A stretch of 61,610 bases of DNA, counting the filler, from Choristocarpus tenellus KU-1152 (Eukaryota > Protista > Phaeophyceae), in NCBI GenBank assembly GCA_964200185.2. It is 9 parts of 9 records of this genome, joined end to end, with 100 filler letters (N's around TTAATTAATTAA, not from the genome) between each part and the next. Parts side by side here need not be neighbours in the genome. Positions count along the whole stretch, not along the records: positions 22,164 to 35,422 come from CAXNAD020001543.1; positions 35,523 to 41,908 come from CAXNAD020008245.1; 7 more parts are not named here. One strand, given 5' to 3'. Positions 26,135-38,087 of the stretch are shown piece by piece. A program made the position numbers and the translations under genes. Under the pieces are notes generated by a model, which ran no database searches, was not told the DNA's origin, and saw only the letters and a program-made list of their open reading frames with translations. Position 1 is the first letter of the stretch. The number at the start of each line of letters is the position of its first letter.

Positions 26135-27599
26135 TACCATATTGCATGCAATTCTTCACAAACGAGAAGTTGCTAATGCACTTTGAGCAAATGGCGCCTA
26201 CTTACAAGTATTATATGAGGAGATCCTGCACTCATAGAATCTAAGGGGTCACCAGAACTAATATCAAGAATACAACATAAGCAAGCAACTTGAGGATCTT
26301 GGTGCGGGAGATGTTGAAACACCAGTGAAGGCACTGAGGAGCAGATGCTAAATGCTCGAAGATATGATCAAACTTTTCACATGGGGAAGGTTGAAATCCA
26401 ATTGAATACACTGGCCAAGATGGGCAATGCACCAACTGTGTGAGACTGGATGCGTCTTGGGGAAAAGACAGTTGAGAACTACATGAACGGCAGTCACCTG
26501 GACGGAGTTTTCTGTCTCAATCTGGGGAGGTAATTTAAAGCTGTCAACCTGGACAAACATATTATACAAGGTGATCTTTGTTGGATTATGGCCAGCGGAA
26601 TTTCAAGGACCAAGTGCTTGGGGAGGTGAAGTGACGCCCTGAGATTTAAAAAAAAAGGATCCTAATGATGTGTTTGGTACCCTCTCAACCAAGCTGTTAA
26701 TACTGTACTTATTTCTCTTTGAGTGCACCATGGGATTTCGGTATATGTGTAGCAGGTCTGATGTGCCATAAAGGACGAGGCATGTCTTTCAATGGGTGCA
26801 CAAGGATGATAGCATAGTAGGATGGGAGATATCTGGGTATATGATGCAATGATGCCTCGAGGATCCATTTCCCACTTTCATGCAATGCCTGCGAACAGTA
26901 GGGCCACAAAGGTAACTGTGTGTAAATCAAGGATGGTAGCAATACCTCACTGGCAGCACCAGCAGCAACAACAGCAACAGCATTGTGGTGTTCTGGTCAG
27001 GGAAGACAATGCTGGGCATTGTGATAGATCCAAGCTGAGACTATCTTGTGGTGTTTTATCGGGAAAGTTTTGCTGAGAGGGCAGATCAAACCATTAAGAT
27101 GCAATCTAAGGCGTTCGCAGTCATCAAAGGCAGGAGGTTCCTACTCTGAGGGTATTTTGAAAGGGAGGGTGCTTCTGAGCCAAAGTACTTGGAGTTAGGC
27201 AAGGTTCTATATTAAGGATTCCTAGAAATGACCAAAGAGTCCTATTTGCACAACTACGGAAAGGGTCCTTATTGAATTGTGGTGTCATTTTATGATTAGA
27301 AAGAAAGAAACCAACTTTTATTGGACACAACCGTGCACATAGAGGACGAAATAGGTATTAAATGTATCATAATGTTTGAAAGCTCCATCCTCAAATAGAT
27401 TGGGAGGAGTGCAAAGTTTGAGATGGTGGGCTGTGAGGACTGTGGAGGATCACCAGTGCAAAGTTGATCGAGTCAAATTTGACGAGATTCAAAAACCTCA
27501 TGAAATTATCAAAGCAGGTGTTTATTGGGACGTCTAGGACGAAGGCCCCTCATCCCATTATCGCCCGTTAGTCCCATTTCTTCAGTCCAGAAGTCTGTC

Positions 27600-28800
27600 T
27601 GGGGTCCAGGTTCAAGCAGCTCAACGAAGAGCAGCGTGGTGGCATGGTGCCTGGAGGCAAGAGCGCACGAGACTCAGATGCCTTGGGGGACAGCGGAGGC
27701 CATCGCAGAGGACTTCAGAATTTCCGGAATCACTGTGCTCCATAATCTGACAACGTATGACAGCCAGATTGCATGGGGTGAATGCCTGGACCTTTGTTCG
27801 ACATTGCATGGGGTGATGTGACTGCTGTACAGGTATCACGGCATTTGGGATGTCCCATCAATACACCGCACATCATTCTGCAAATGGGCGGCCAAATCTG
27901 GGGTCTCCCTTGCCTCTTTGTGGGATCTGCGTAAGCATGAGAAGGTTAACAAGGGCAAGTGGTGGATTGAAGCCAGTCCTCTTAGACCAGCAGAAAGTAA
28001 ATGCAGTGGGCTTCTTCATCAGCCATACGCACAGGAGGGGGTGAATTGGGGTATTAGTGGACAATCTCTATGACTGTGTGCATGTGGAAAAGAAGTGGTT
28101 TTACATCCTCAGAGATGGGCAAGGTGTGCACCTGCATCCCACTTAGGACCCCCCCAAACCCCCACACGAACACAATTAGTGTTACACTATGAATGTGATG
28201 TTCCTTGCACCTATGGCCTGTCCTAGGAAGCTCTCCAATGGGTTGTGGTTCAATTGAAAAATTGGGATCTGGCCAATCATGAACACTAAGGTCTCTCAGG
28301 GCTCCAGCAAACACCCCAAGGGCACCATGGTGCTTATGCGAGCCACGGTGAATGGGGAGAGGCAAAATAAGTTAATGATCGATGATGTCATCACAGCAAT
28401 CAAGGCCCGTCTGCATGCCTAAGCCGGAAGGACACACCATCTTTGTGTAGCAGGGGGGGGCGAAGCCAAGCACCAAGGGGGGGATCATGGAGGCAATCGA
28501 GGAGGTGACTGGGGATGACATTGTCATAGTTATCCAGCCGGTCAACCCACGTGATCTGGATCATTTCATTCCATCCTGCAACTGAAGGAAGACGTGGGGG
28601 CTACCAACACAGAGGAGCTAGTGGAGGCCACAATGGAGGCGTTTGATATACACCCACCCCTCTGGGAGACACTACAGTACATCTGGTAGAGCCTCTTTGC
28701 AGTCTACGGTGAAGTGCCGGGGTCCAAGGGTGACAGCATCACCACAGATAGGTGTAGGCTGCCCCATTTTGCTTGTGATTTCGATGGGCAACCTTTCAGA
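27600..28800 (+). mobile_element. Third, more diverged mariner-like (DD39D/GT-type) transposase remnant
   Basis: VHVEKKWFYI, VMFLA, KIGIWPI, DDVITAIKARL, VIQPVNPRDLD, SLFAVYGEV...GSKGD across frames. Confidence 0.75.
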
Positions 28801-31036
28801 GTCTACATAAATAACCCATAAAATATGAACACATGAAAATATCTGACTTCTTCATCAAGGCTGCAGAAGTTATACTACATTTATTCCAAGCAGAGGAAGT
28901 AGGACACAAGATACAAGTAGGGTAAATGGTAAATGGTAAATGGTAAATAGGGAGGCATGGTCATGATGCAGCCGCCACAAGCATCCAGAAATTATTACCT
29001 GACTGGCGATAGAAAAAAAGTTCCAACATGGCCAAGTCCAGGGCATTCAATTCTCAACATGACTGGGGCCATCGGCTGGCAATATACAACCAAGTTCGAA
29101 CATGACTGAGTCCATCGTTATCGACAATTTCGATGCGGCCAACAGTGGATATGGTAATTGCCTGACCTGGTGAAAAGCTGATATTTTTTCGCCCCACAAA
29201 CTGTCAAAGTGACGTAAGCAGAGAAATGTGTCAATAATGATGGGCGATGGCCACCCCCACACCATTCAAGAGGTCACAATAACTCCCAAACTAGCCCTCC
29301 ACATGATGCATGAACCTGTGGCGCTTAAGATCCTGACTGTGGCAGTCCTGCCTGGCGCTGATGAAGTATTCAAAGCTGCTATCAAGATCATTCAGGATTT
29401 CCTGAGGCTGGCTTTACAGCACAAGCTTGTCCAGTCTGCCCATAGGTGCTAGCTTCGCCCGCAGTCAGCCTGACTGCATCAGATCAACTTGAGTGTGGCA
29501 AACATGACTGAACATATGAGGTAGCCTCTGGCTGATGTCATTGCTATACCACAGCCCCTATGCTGGACCCAACTCCAGGAGGAGCAGTGTCAGGATAGCG
29601 CCAACTATGAGGCTTCGCCCCAGCAAATACATGTGGCTGGTGTAATTCAGGATGCATGTTTTCATAACAAGCATAAAGACATTTTTACGAGTCCAATAAA
29701 TGAACCTCCAACCATTAAGTAGCATAAAACAGGTGGGGCAATGCCTGTCAAGATCAGGTCACAAAATTACAAACCTGAACGTCAGATCTTCTGGCTGGCT
29801 GGTTCATGGAGTTGCTAGTGATGATGCAGGTGTTGATCTGTTGAGGAGACATACTATCTCGATGAAGGGATGTCCATCCAGTGGCCGTCTGGAGTATGAC
29901 AAATATGTCGAACTGCCATCAACATATAATAATTCAGGGGGTATAACAATTGGGCAGAGTGGCTCTTGTGAGTGGGGTGAAGGAAGATTGCATCCGGCCT
30001 TCTCTGGAGGTAGTTGTGGCAGAGTTTCTGTAGGAGCTGCAAACTGCCCATGGGGAACTTCGTAAGCAGGTGCTGGATTGAGTGGAGCCCGGCAGTACGA
30101 AGCAGAGTATTACAGTAAGCAAGCACATAATCCTACTTTCTATTTTGTAGGTGGTGTTGTAATTGAATCAAGGTTTTGGAAGAGAGATACCGTGCTAAAT
30201 CATGTGAGCAATTTGACTGGGCCCTATTTTGATGGTCACCAAAGAGACCCTATTACATGTATCAGGTAGAACATATTATTTCTGGAGCACTGAGAAAAGT
30301 GTATATTTCGCAACTGTATTCTATTGCAGAGAAATATGACATCGTAATGGACATGGAGGAACAGTTCCCATACATATGTAGAGAATCACGGCAAGTTTGA
30401 ATTGGCTGCCATCATGGATCCGTGTTGGGTAGGTAGGGGAAAGGTATGAGATGTTGGTATACTGGCTTGGTGTTGAGGATAAGAGGACGTAGAAACCATA
30501 CTTTTCATTCTGAAAGGTGCCCCTGTGTGCTCGAGGAAAAGGTTGTAGAGGCTGAAGCTGCAAGAAAGATTGCATCAGGCTATTCAACTTCCTTGTAAGA
30601 CTGATATTTGAGCCGAGTCTTACTTTCCTTGTCAATCCTTTTAGAGAAAATCAAAATTTTAGCAGAGCAAATCTAGCATAATTTATAACCTCTATTAAGT
30701 CTTTTTCTTTTTATCTACTCAACAGTTTGAACTGACATAATTGTAACATCCGATTGTAATAAAAATATAAAACTATTTAATTAGAAGATGAATAAACCAA
30801 GAAAGAACTATAAATCAAAACTAGCCAAACAGTACAAACTGTTTTTGTATTTTCTCTTAAAACTCCTTTATATAATCAAGACCAATACTCAGATAAATTA
30901 TTATGGGTCAAACATGTCCAATCCCAAAACACAATACTGGTACTCCACTTAACTTATAGTAGCTTCTTAATATCTCTTCTAAGAGCAACTAGAAATAAAA
31001 ATGTTACGCCAACTGCGGCCAAATTTTTATACTCAC

Positions 31037-31108
31037 TTGTCAGAAATTTTTTGTTACGTCAATGACTTTTTTAAGGAATTAGATGCTAAGACAAATTCTA
31101 ACAAAAAA
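31037..31108 (+). pseudogene. IS982-family transposase N-terminal fragment (partial second copy at 33855-33888)
   Basis: LSEIFCYVNDFFKELDAK resembles the IS982 EIFCxVDDFxK start. Confidence 0.65.
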
Positions 31109-31712
31109 TTTCTGTAAAATCTATTTTCATAGGTTATTTTAGTATTTTGATAAAATGTCAGGAAAAAATATTGTTGCGTACAAATATAGAGTATTTTTTA
31201 ATAATATATCAAATAATAAGATCCATAATATTTTTACAATGCAATTCTGTGCAACTACAGTTATTTCATCAGCAATAATTTCACTATCAAATTTACTTGT
31301 TAAATAGAGGCTAATTTCACCATTTGCAAGTTTTATGGCGCTGCTAAGTTCATTTTGCCAATCTTGTAATGATTGATTTGGGATGGTATAAAGAAGAAGC
31401 TAGGAGTTTACAGGGTTTGAAAAAAAAATAGTGTTGAGTATCAGTTACTTCAATTACTAATGGATTTTCTTTATTATCTCTTTTTTCAAACCACTCAAGT
31501 GCGGTTTTTTGTCTAAAATCTGCTTTTAACAACATTTATGCAACATAAACGGCTTTTTGAACGTAAAACATTAATAATTAATAAAAATAACAATTTATTT
31601 TAACTTAGATTTTAATTCTTTAACGTTAAAAATTAACTCAATTCTTGCGAAGCAAAAAGCTAAGCAAGTGGCAAAATTACTCAGGATGGAAAGACCTGAT
31701 TATTTTTATCTA

Positions 31713-31787
31713 AATTGAAATATATCCACGATCCCCCAAAATTTTACCAAACATGCCCTTTATCATTAACTTTAATTGTTTCCTATA
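31713..31787 (-). pseudogene. IS982-family transposase fragment (catalytic GDxGYIS motif)
   Basis: YRKQLKLMIKGMFGKILGDRGYIS. Confidence 0.8.
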
Positions 31788-31862
31788 AGGTAGATCAATC
31801 CATAAAGATTCATCAACAAAAGATCAATGGTTAAGCTTTATGTTGCATTGTCATGAACAGAC

Positions 31863-31940
31863 AGGGAGACAGCTGCTATTATTTACACCCTGATTGAAAC
31901 TGCAAAACTCAACAATATCAATCCTGTTAAATATTTGCTA
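31863..31940 (+). pseudogene. IS66-family TnpC C-terminal fragment
   Basis: TAAIIYTLIETAKLNNINPVKYL matches the IS66 YSLIETAKLNGIDPxxYL motif. Confidence 0.88.
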
Positions 31941-32487
31941 TGAACGTTTATTTCTTGTGCTAGCGAAGCTAGTGCGCTTTTTCTTTTTTTATTGATCACT
32001 TTTTTATCTTCTAATTCTAACAAATGATTCTTCATATTTTTTCAATGTTAAATATTTACAAACTATATGTACAAGACTTGATAATTTTGAAAATATTTTA
32101 TCTATTGCAAATCTAAATATATAAAAATTGTCGGAGTTTCGCATAATTACAGCTATAAAAAACTCAGAAAATGTGATTTTATAATTACTCTTTCTGAAGA
32201 TCTCAGAGAAAATTTAATTAATCACAATATTTTTACAAAAGAATATCATAACTCAACACTATTTTTTCTTCAAACATTGGCATCATTGGAACTAGGATGT
32301 GATTTGGTCTCATTAGCAAGAAAGTATAAAGAAATTATTAAAACCTGAATTCAACTCTCCTACGGTTTTTAAGTAATTAGGGATAAATATCACAAAAAAA
32401 TAAAAATTTGCATTATCTTTTAGGGTTTATTGCTTCTATTTTTGCTACAATATTTTTATATTCTTATGTTTTCCTTTAGTAATTTTA

Positions 32488-32731
32488 ATAGCCATAATCT
32501 CTCCTTTGTTATTAATTATTAAATGTAATTTGAATCCTAAAAAATATAAAAATCACTCAGTAACAATATATATATATTTTTTTTACCATATATATTATTA
32601 TATATATTTAAAGCTTTCATATAATGATAAATTTTGAAATCAAATATATCATTAATAATAAGGAAGTATTCAAATTTAGCCATAATCTCTCCTTTGTTAT
32701 TAATTATTAAATGTAATTTGAATCCTAAAAA
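32488..32731 (-). pseudogene. Two direct copies (32488-32543, 32677-32731) of an IS982 transposase fragment
   Basis: About 55-bp repeat encoding FLGFKLHLIINNKGEIMA (IS982 GFKLHLxIN motif). Confidence 0.85.
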
Positions 32732-32790
32732 GAGCAAAATGTAGCAAATTCTGCTAAAAAATATACAAATACAGCGTACCACAAAATTTT

Positions 32791-32877
32791 AAAAGACTTA
32801 CGATTATTTACTGGTATCAGAAAAAATATGAAGAATCATTTGTTAGAATTAGAAGATAAAAAATTATCACGAAAACG
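32791..32877 (+). pseudogene. IS982 transposase fragment. Overlapping copies at 32000-32043(-), 33182-33218(+), 33220-33263(-), 34505-34559(+), 34699-34744(-)
   Basis: KDLRLFTGIRKNMKNHLLELEDKKLSRKR. Confidence 0.88.
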
Positions 32878-33181
32878 TGTAGAATAAAAAAGTAGCTTAT
32901 GAGTTTTAATATAGATTAGCAATAGTTGTTGGATTTTTAATTCTTAATTTATGTGTTGGACTTATACGGGAGGGGGTTATTTAGTGAAACCAAATGTAAA
33001 AAACTTGATTTTACATGTGGAAAAATGTTATTTTACGAAATTTTTCCTCTAAACTAGGAATAATTCCAGCAAATGACTGTTTAATATTTCAGACGGAGAA
33101 ATTACCATAGGGTTGGAACATTCCTTATAATATTTTGAAAAAGAACAATTTAAACTTTCTTCTGTTTCAAAAAATATAAAA

Positions 33182-33263
33182 AATCATTTGTTAGAATTAG
33201 AAGATAAAAAATTATCACTCGTTTTCGTGATAATTTTTTATCTTCTAATTCTAACAAATGATT
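33182..33263. repeat. Perfect 37-bp inverted repeat with an 8-nt loop
   Basis: AATCATTTGTTAGAATTAGAAGATAAAAAATTATCAC, loop TCGTTTTC, then the exact reverse complement. Confidence 0.95.
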
Positions 33264-34347
33264 ATATTTTTTCGCATTTTGAGCAATTTCTTGATCATAA
33301 ATTTTTATCATATACTATTTTCCTATGCAGAAATTACTGAAAATTTCACTGGTTTTATGGTTTAAAATTACACTTGATAATCAATCGCGGAGGGAGGGAT
33401 AGTAAAAGCTTCTTTTAGTCCAGAACAAAATCAACAAAAAAAGATACGCCATGGAGAAGAATAAATTAGAATTAGTCAAAAAGAGCAGGAAACTTAACAT
33501 TATCAGAGCTTTTAGCAATAGTGTTATTTTTTTATTTTATATAAGTCTTAAGTCTTTTATCATATGAAAATTATTCTAATCTTTTTGTTATTTATTTTGA
33601 TGTCTTGTAATTCAACAAAGAGACATAATAAAATTGATGAAAAGTTAGTTTGAAAAAAAAATAGTGTTGAGTTATGATATTCTTTTGTAAAAAATAACAT
33701 AACCCAACATAAAGTGTTTGATGTTATTCAGGATTATAAGGCCAATCATTTACAGGATCTCCTCCCCAAATTCGTCTCCTTGTTTACGTCTTTGCTGTAG
33801 AAGTTTTGAACAATTTATTGGATATAATAAAATCAAAAATAAAGATATTTCAACTTTTTAAAGGAATTAGATGCTAAGACAAATTCTATAACAAATAAAA
33901 ATAATAAACCTGGATGCAAGATAGAGAATAATTTAAAAAGCAACGGTATTTTTGTATTAAGAACAAAAAGAAAAAAATATTATGATTTACTAGTGAATAC
34001 TAATGCTTACTAATAAATATAAGAACATATATTATCATGTTAAAAGTATTTCAGCTTGAAAAATTAATTTTTTAACACGAGTTTCGAATTAGAATCTTAC
34101 AATTCTTGAAACTGTAATAGAGTTTACAGGGTTTGAAAAAAAAATAGTGTTGAGTTATGATATTCTTTTGTAAAAAATAACATAACCCAACATGAAAAAA
34201 TGTATCATAACCTCGCCTTCTGATATTTCATACACTAGATCAGATAGTTTGTGCCATGATCCGTTAGGCAATCCTTGCAGTTGAAAATCGCAGCCCTATA
34301 TCTGATGAACAATCTTCGGCTCAAATTATGGATGATGAAAAAATTGC

Positions 34348-34392
34348 TACGTCTTCCCTTGTTAGATGCTCTGGTAATTTTTTTCTTTTTGC
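34348..34392 (-). pseudogene. IS66-family TnpC fragment upstream of the zinc ribbon
   Basis: AKRKKLPEHLTREDV (RKxLPxHLPRE motif). Confidence 0.75.
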
Positions 34393-34741
34393 CAGTAGAT
34401 ATTCCTTTCAGATAAAGACAAGGTATTACTTCTTTCTCTAGCTGATATTCACTTCTAATTAGGATTTTGCAGATTTTTTCTCTTGATTCAGAATAGTTTT
34501 CATCAAAAGACTTACGATTATTTACTGGTATCAGAAAAAATATGAAGAATCATTTGTTAAAAAACAAACTCAATGGTTGTGGTTTATTGCACTCTGGCTT
34601 GGAGGTTTTATCACTTTTAACCATGGTTAAAAACATAGATTTAATTGCATCTGGAAACCTAAAAAATTATCGAAATTACCTTATTTCCTTGCAAGAACTG
34701 ATAATTTTTTATCTTCTAATTCTAACAAATGATTCTTCATA

Positions 34742-34780
34742 TTTAAATAAGTCATTAAAAACTTCTTTGGAAATATAGCC
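34742..34780 (-). pseudogene. IS982 transposase fragment, second sequence variant
   Basis: GYISKEVFNDLFK. Confidence 0.65.
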
Positions 34781-35075
34781 TTATTGATATCATATATTTT
34801 ATCTATAGGCAAGGAAGATATATTTAAGCGCAGTTTTCTTAATGAGTTCAATTAATTCTTCGTTTATTGAACTAGAAAAACTATTTTCATTACAAATAGT
34901 TTTTAAATTTTTTTTACTATCTTTACAGTAATTTTTTTTTAAATCTTTAAATTGCAGCGTCTTAGAGGAATAATTAATACAAATTTAACTTTTGACTATT
35001 AATTTTTATACCATTATAGGATTTGCTGCATACCAACAAAAGCTCTACTCAAATCTGCTGAGTTATACCAAAAAA

Positions 35076-35142
35076 TGCTTCAGCTTTACCTTCAGCCAAT
35101 CCTTCAGCCAATCCTTCAGCTTTACCTTCAGATTTCAATTTG
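35076..35142 (-). pseudogene. EGKAEG-repeat fragment typical of Rpn / PD-(D/E)XK nuclease-family putative transposase C-termini
   Basis: KLKSEGKAEGLAEGLAEGKAEA (12-bp DNA repeats). Confidence 0.65.
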
Positions 35143-35367
35143 GTCTTTGAGTTTAGTCTGCCTGTGTTTTGTCATATGTCAGTTCGTAGTGGAGTTAGGA
35201 GAGGTGCGCAATCTTCGTTTTGGTCAAGCTTGCACCTTGCTACTATGGATTGGTAGTGCCCTGGGCTCTGGGTGAGTTTCAGTCCCACATAAAGGTTTTC
35301 ATAAATATGCGGTCGAGTTGGCATTTCTTTCTTGCTTTGTTGATCTGATCTGATCTAAGACAACATT

Positions 35368-35855
35368 GACCCAAAGTATCTGGGGGGGGGGGGGGTCTAC
35401 ACCAGAGTGTCCATTTGGGTCANNNNNNNNNNNNNNNNNNNNNNNNNNNNNNNNNNNNNNNNNNNNTTAATTAATTAANNNNNNNNNNNNNNNNNNNNNN
35501 NNNNNNNNNNNNNNNNNNNNNNGATGGATTCTTTAAATACACTTTTCCTTATTTTGGTCCAAATGGACCCCCTGGTGTAGCCCCCCCCCCCCCCTCCCAG
35601 ATACTTTGGGTCAAACCTCTACGAATGAGCCACAACGCAGTGAACGACAAACAGTTCCTCTTTCCCTTTACGGTATGGCTCAAAGTATCTGAGGGGGTAG
35701 GGTTGGCAGCAGTCCACTCAGGGCCCATTTTTCCATGTGGCAATTTTTGGGTGATTTGGTTGCATGCATTCGATGGATAATGCAAGTGCACTTCTCCTGG
35801 TCAGGGCCCAAATGGACACTCTGGTGTAGACCCTCCCTCCCAGATACTTTGAGCT
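35368..35855. mobile_element. MITE family C copies: 35368-35422 (contig end), 35523-35612 (contig start), 35677-35855 (complete)
   Basis: CAAAGTATCT termini and the GTCTACACCAGGGTGTCCATTTGG core. Confidence 0.85.
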
Positions 35856-36928
35856 TAATATAATTTGAGATAGGCAAGAAACTTCGTTAGAAGGGATCTT
35901 GAATGTTCTTTCGCAATACTTAGGGTGACTGGTATGGTGTAATCAAAGTTAATTTGCTTCAATTCATTCACTTCGTATGGGCCAGTAGATTTTGAGGAAT
36001 TGTGTAGTACAAATGTTTAATCATGAACTCAACCTGATCACTCCCACTGATACCTCATGTTACAGACTATAATACACTGTCAAAGATACTGACTAGTTGC
36101 CACTAGCCATATCACATGGCACAACTCTCTGCTTCGTGTAAAATAGTCCCCTTATCGGCTTGAAACAAGAAACACGTGGATAGATCCCTGTATACCCTTT
36201 ACTTCAAACCTAAGAGAGGGGGGGTTGAAAAGGAGTCACAAAGGGTGAGACAGGAGCATGAAGACAAATGTCGAAGAAAATAATACAGATGTACTTGACT
36301 GTTGGGCATCATTATCACCACTTTTTGTCCTCGAGAATCGAGTTCACTACATCATCCCAATTTGGTGAGTGGACTTGGAGCCGAGACATACATACTCTAT
36401 CAGAGCAGGATCAAGGCTTGCAGTGTATGGACAAATTGCACAACCTACATACCTACCTTGGCTATTGTGGTTCAAGATCCCAACAAACGCGCATCTAGGA
36501 GGGTCTGCGCGTCTAGAAAGTACGCGAAATAACGGCAAACAGTGTGTGCTAGCTATTTCAACAACACCTGACCACAACATGGTCGAGGGAGAAGCTGGTC
36601 GAGGTTGCAGGGACGTTGCATCCCATTTGTTCAATATTTTAAATGTTGGCCATGTGCCCTGCCCCTACACCTGCCTCTACACCTGCCCTGCCACAAAATC
36701 ATGGTAGCTACAGAGTGATGAAGACATCGAGGGTGTAATGGATGGAGTTGTCAGTCGAACCATCCTACTGGTTCATGTGAGACTTTTGTGGGCTCTTGGA
36801 ATTATTGGTGTAAGTATCACCTCCAATGTCGCTTTCCCTTTCCCTCGATCTTCACACTATTATTCAAGGCTCCCCTAATGTATACTGATCCCCTCTTGTG
36901 TCACTCCCTCGTTTGGAATTAAGCACTT

Positions 36929-37112
36929 GGCTCAAAGTATTTGGGGGGGTTGACGGCTGTCCATTTGGGACCCATTTTTTTCCCATGTCGTGATTTTTAG
37001 GTCGTTTGGTTGCATTCGTTGGATGGAAAATGTAAGTTAACTTCTCCTGGTCAGGGCCCGAATCAACACCCTGGTGTAGACCCCTCCCCCTAACCTCCAG
37101 ATAGTCTGAGCC
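36929..37112. mobile_element. MITE family C
   Basis: GGCTCAAAGTATTTGGGG ... AGATAGTCTGAGCC; homologous to 4609-4795. Confidence 0.85.
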
Positions 37113-38087
37113 TCTCACACAATTAGAGCTATTATTGCGTCTGCAATGAACGACTGGGGAACAAAAAAATGAGCAGCGAAGAGTCATACCTGGTGCTCAT
37201 CGACGATCCTGTGTGGCTTGACACTTTGTTTTAGACCGTAACTGTATTATATACACACACATCAAATAATCATATACTCCAGAGTAGTATATTGGGGATA
37301 TGAAGTAGTACTCCAATATTCATTAAAACCTGAACATAAGCGAGGAGCGCTGATCAGAAATGAAGAGCCCACTATGAATAAGCAACTTTCTTGTACTGCA
37401 CAACATTGGGGGGCTCCTCTCCTCTCCTCTCCTCTCCTCTCATCTGTAATCTTACCTCTACTGTACCTAGTACCACTGTGCCAAAATGTCACAGTTCCTC
37501 GAGAAGTGTGTTGTGCTTTGTCTTCCAGATAGTCGTTTGGACTGTTTCCCAATGTACGAATGGTTTTCAAGCATCCAAGAGAAAATATTCTATCAACAGA
37601 AGAACATGCAAGTGTTCAAGTGAGTACATACGATGACTGCCAATCAACCATGCTATAGTAGAGACATGCCGCAGTAGAGACCTGTAGTCTTCCCACTAAA
37701 GTAGCGGACACAATTTATAAATCCTCTCCTGCCCACCCTCCAAATCCACATCTCAATTCATGAACCAGGTCATAGGAGGACAGGACATCGATGTACTGGG
37801 AGCATGTATTACAACATGCAACAAATATAGCAACAATCTTTTTTAATGTTTTGACAAAATCACAGCAGTGTCGTCTGAACCAGTTCACATCATGCACAGT
37901 CAAGAATAGGATTCAGGACATTATGCATCCTAAGTACTTGCAATGGAATCAATAAAACCAACAAAAACAAGATATACTTTCGTATGCTATTGCATGGAAT
38001 TCCTCCCCCCCCCTCTCGGCACACAGTTTTTTTTAAAAGACTTCAAAGCAGGAGTATAACCTTACCCTATGTTGCGAGTCCCTCCTA

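Larger units (their letters stand above)
30636..35142. other. AT-rich patchwork island of bacterial (endosymbiont-like) DNA fragments
   Basis: Abrupt GC drop (three sampled 60-nt lines gave 17-32% GC; flanks are visibly GC-richer). Contains IS982, IS66 and Rpn-like coding fragments and internal direct and inverted repeats; no intact gene. Boundaries approximate. Confidence 0.85.

Noticed and set aside
29000-30300. Possible DIRS/Ngaro RT-RNase H remnant
   Set aside because: Only vague motif resemblance; no diagnostic residues could be aligned.
32000-34744. CRISPR array reading of the recurring ~37-nt sequence
   Set aside because: Irregular spacing, mixed orientation and variable ends; it encodes an IS982 peptide, and no cas genes are visible.
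30636-35142. Organelle insertion (NUMT/NUPT) or endogenous giant virus
   Set aside because: No organellar or viral core gene was recognised; the identifiable pieces are bacterial IS/Rpn-like. Unassigned pieces remain.
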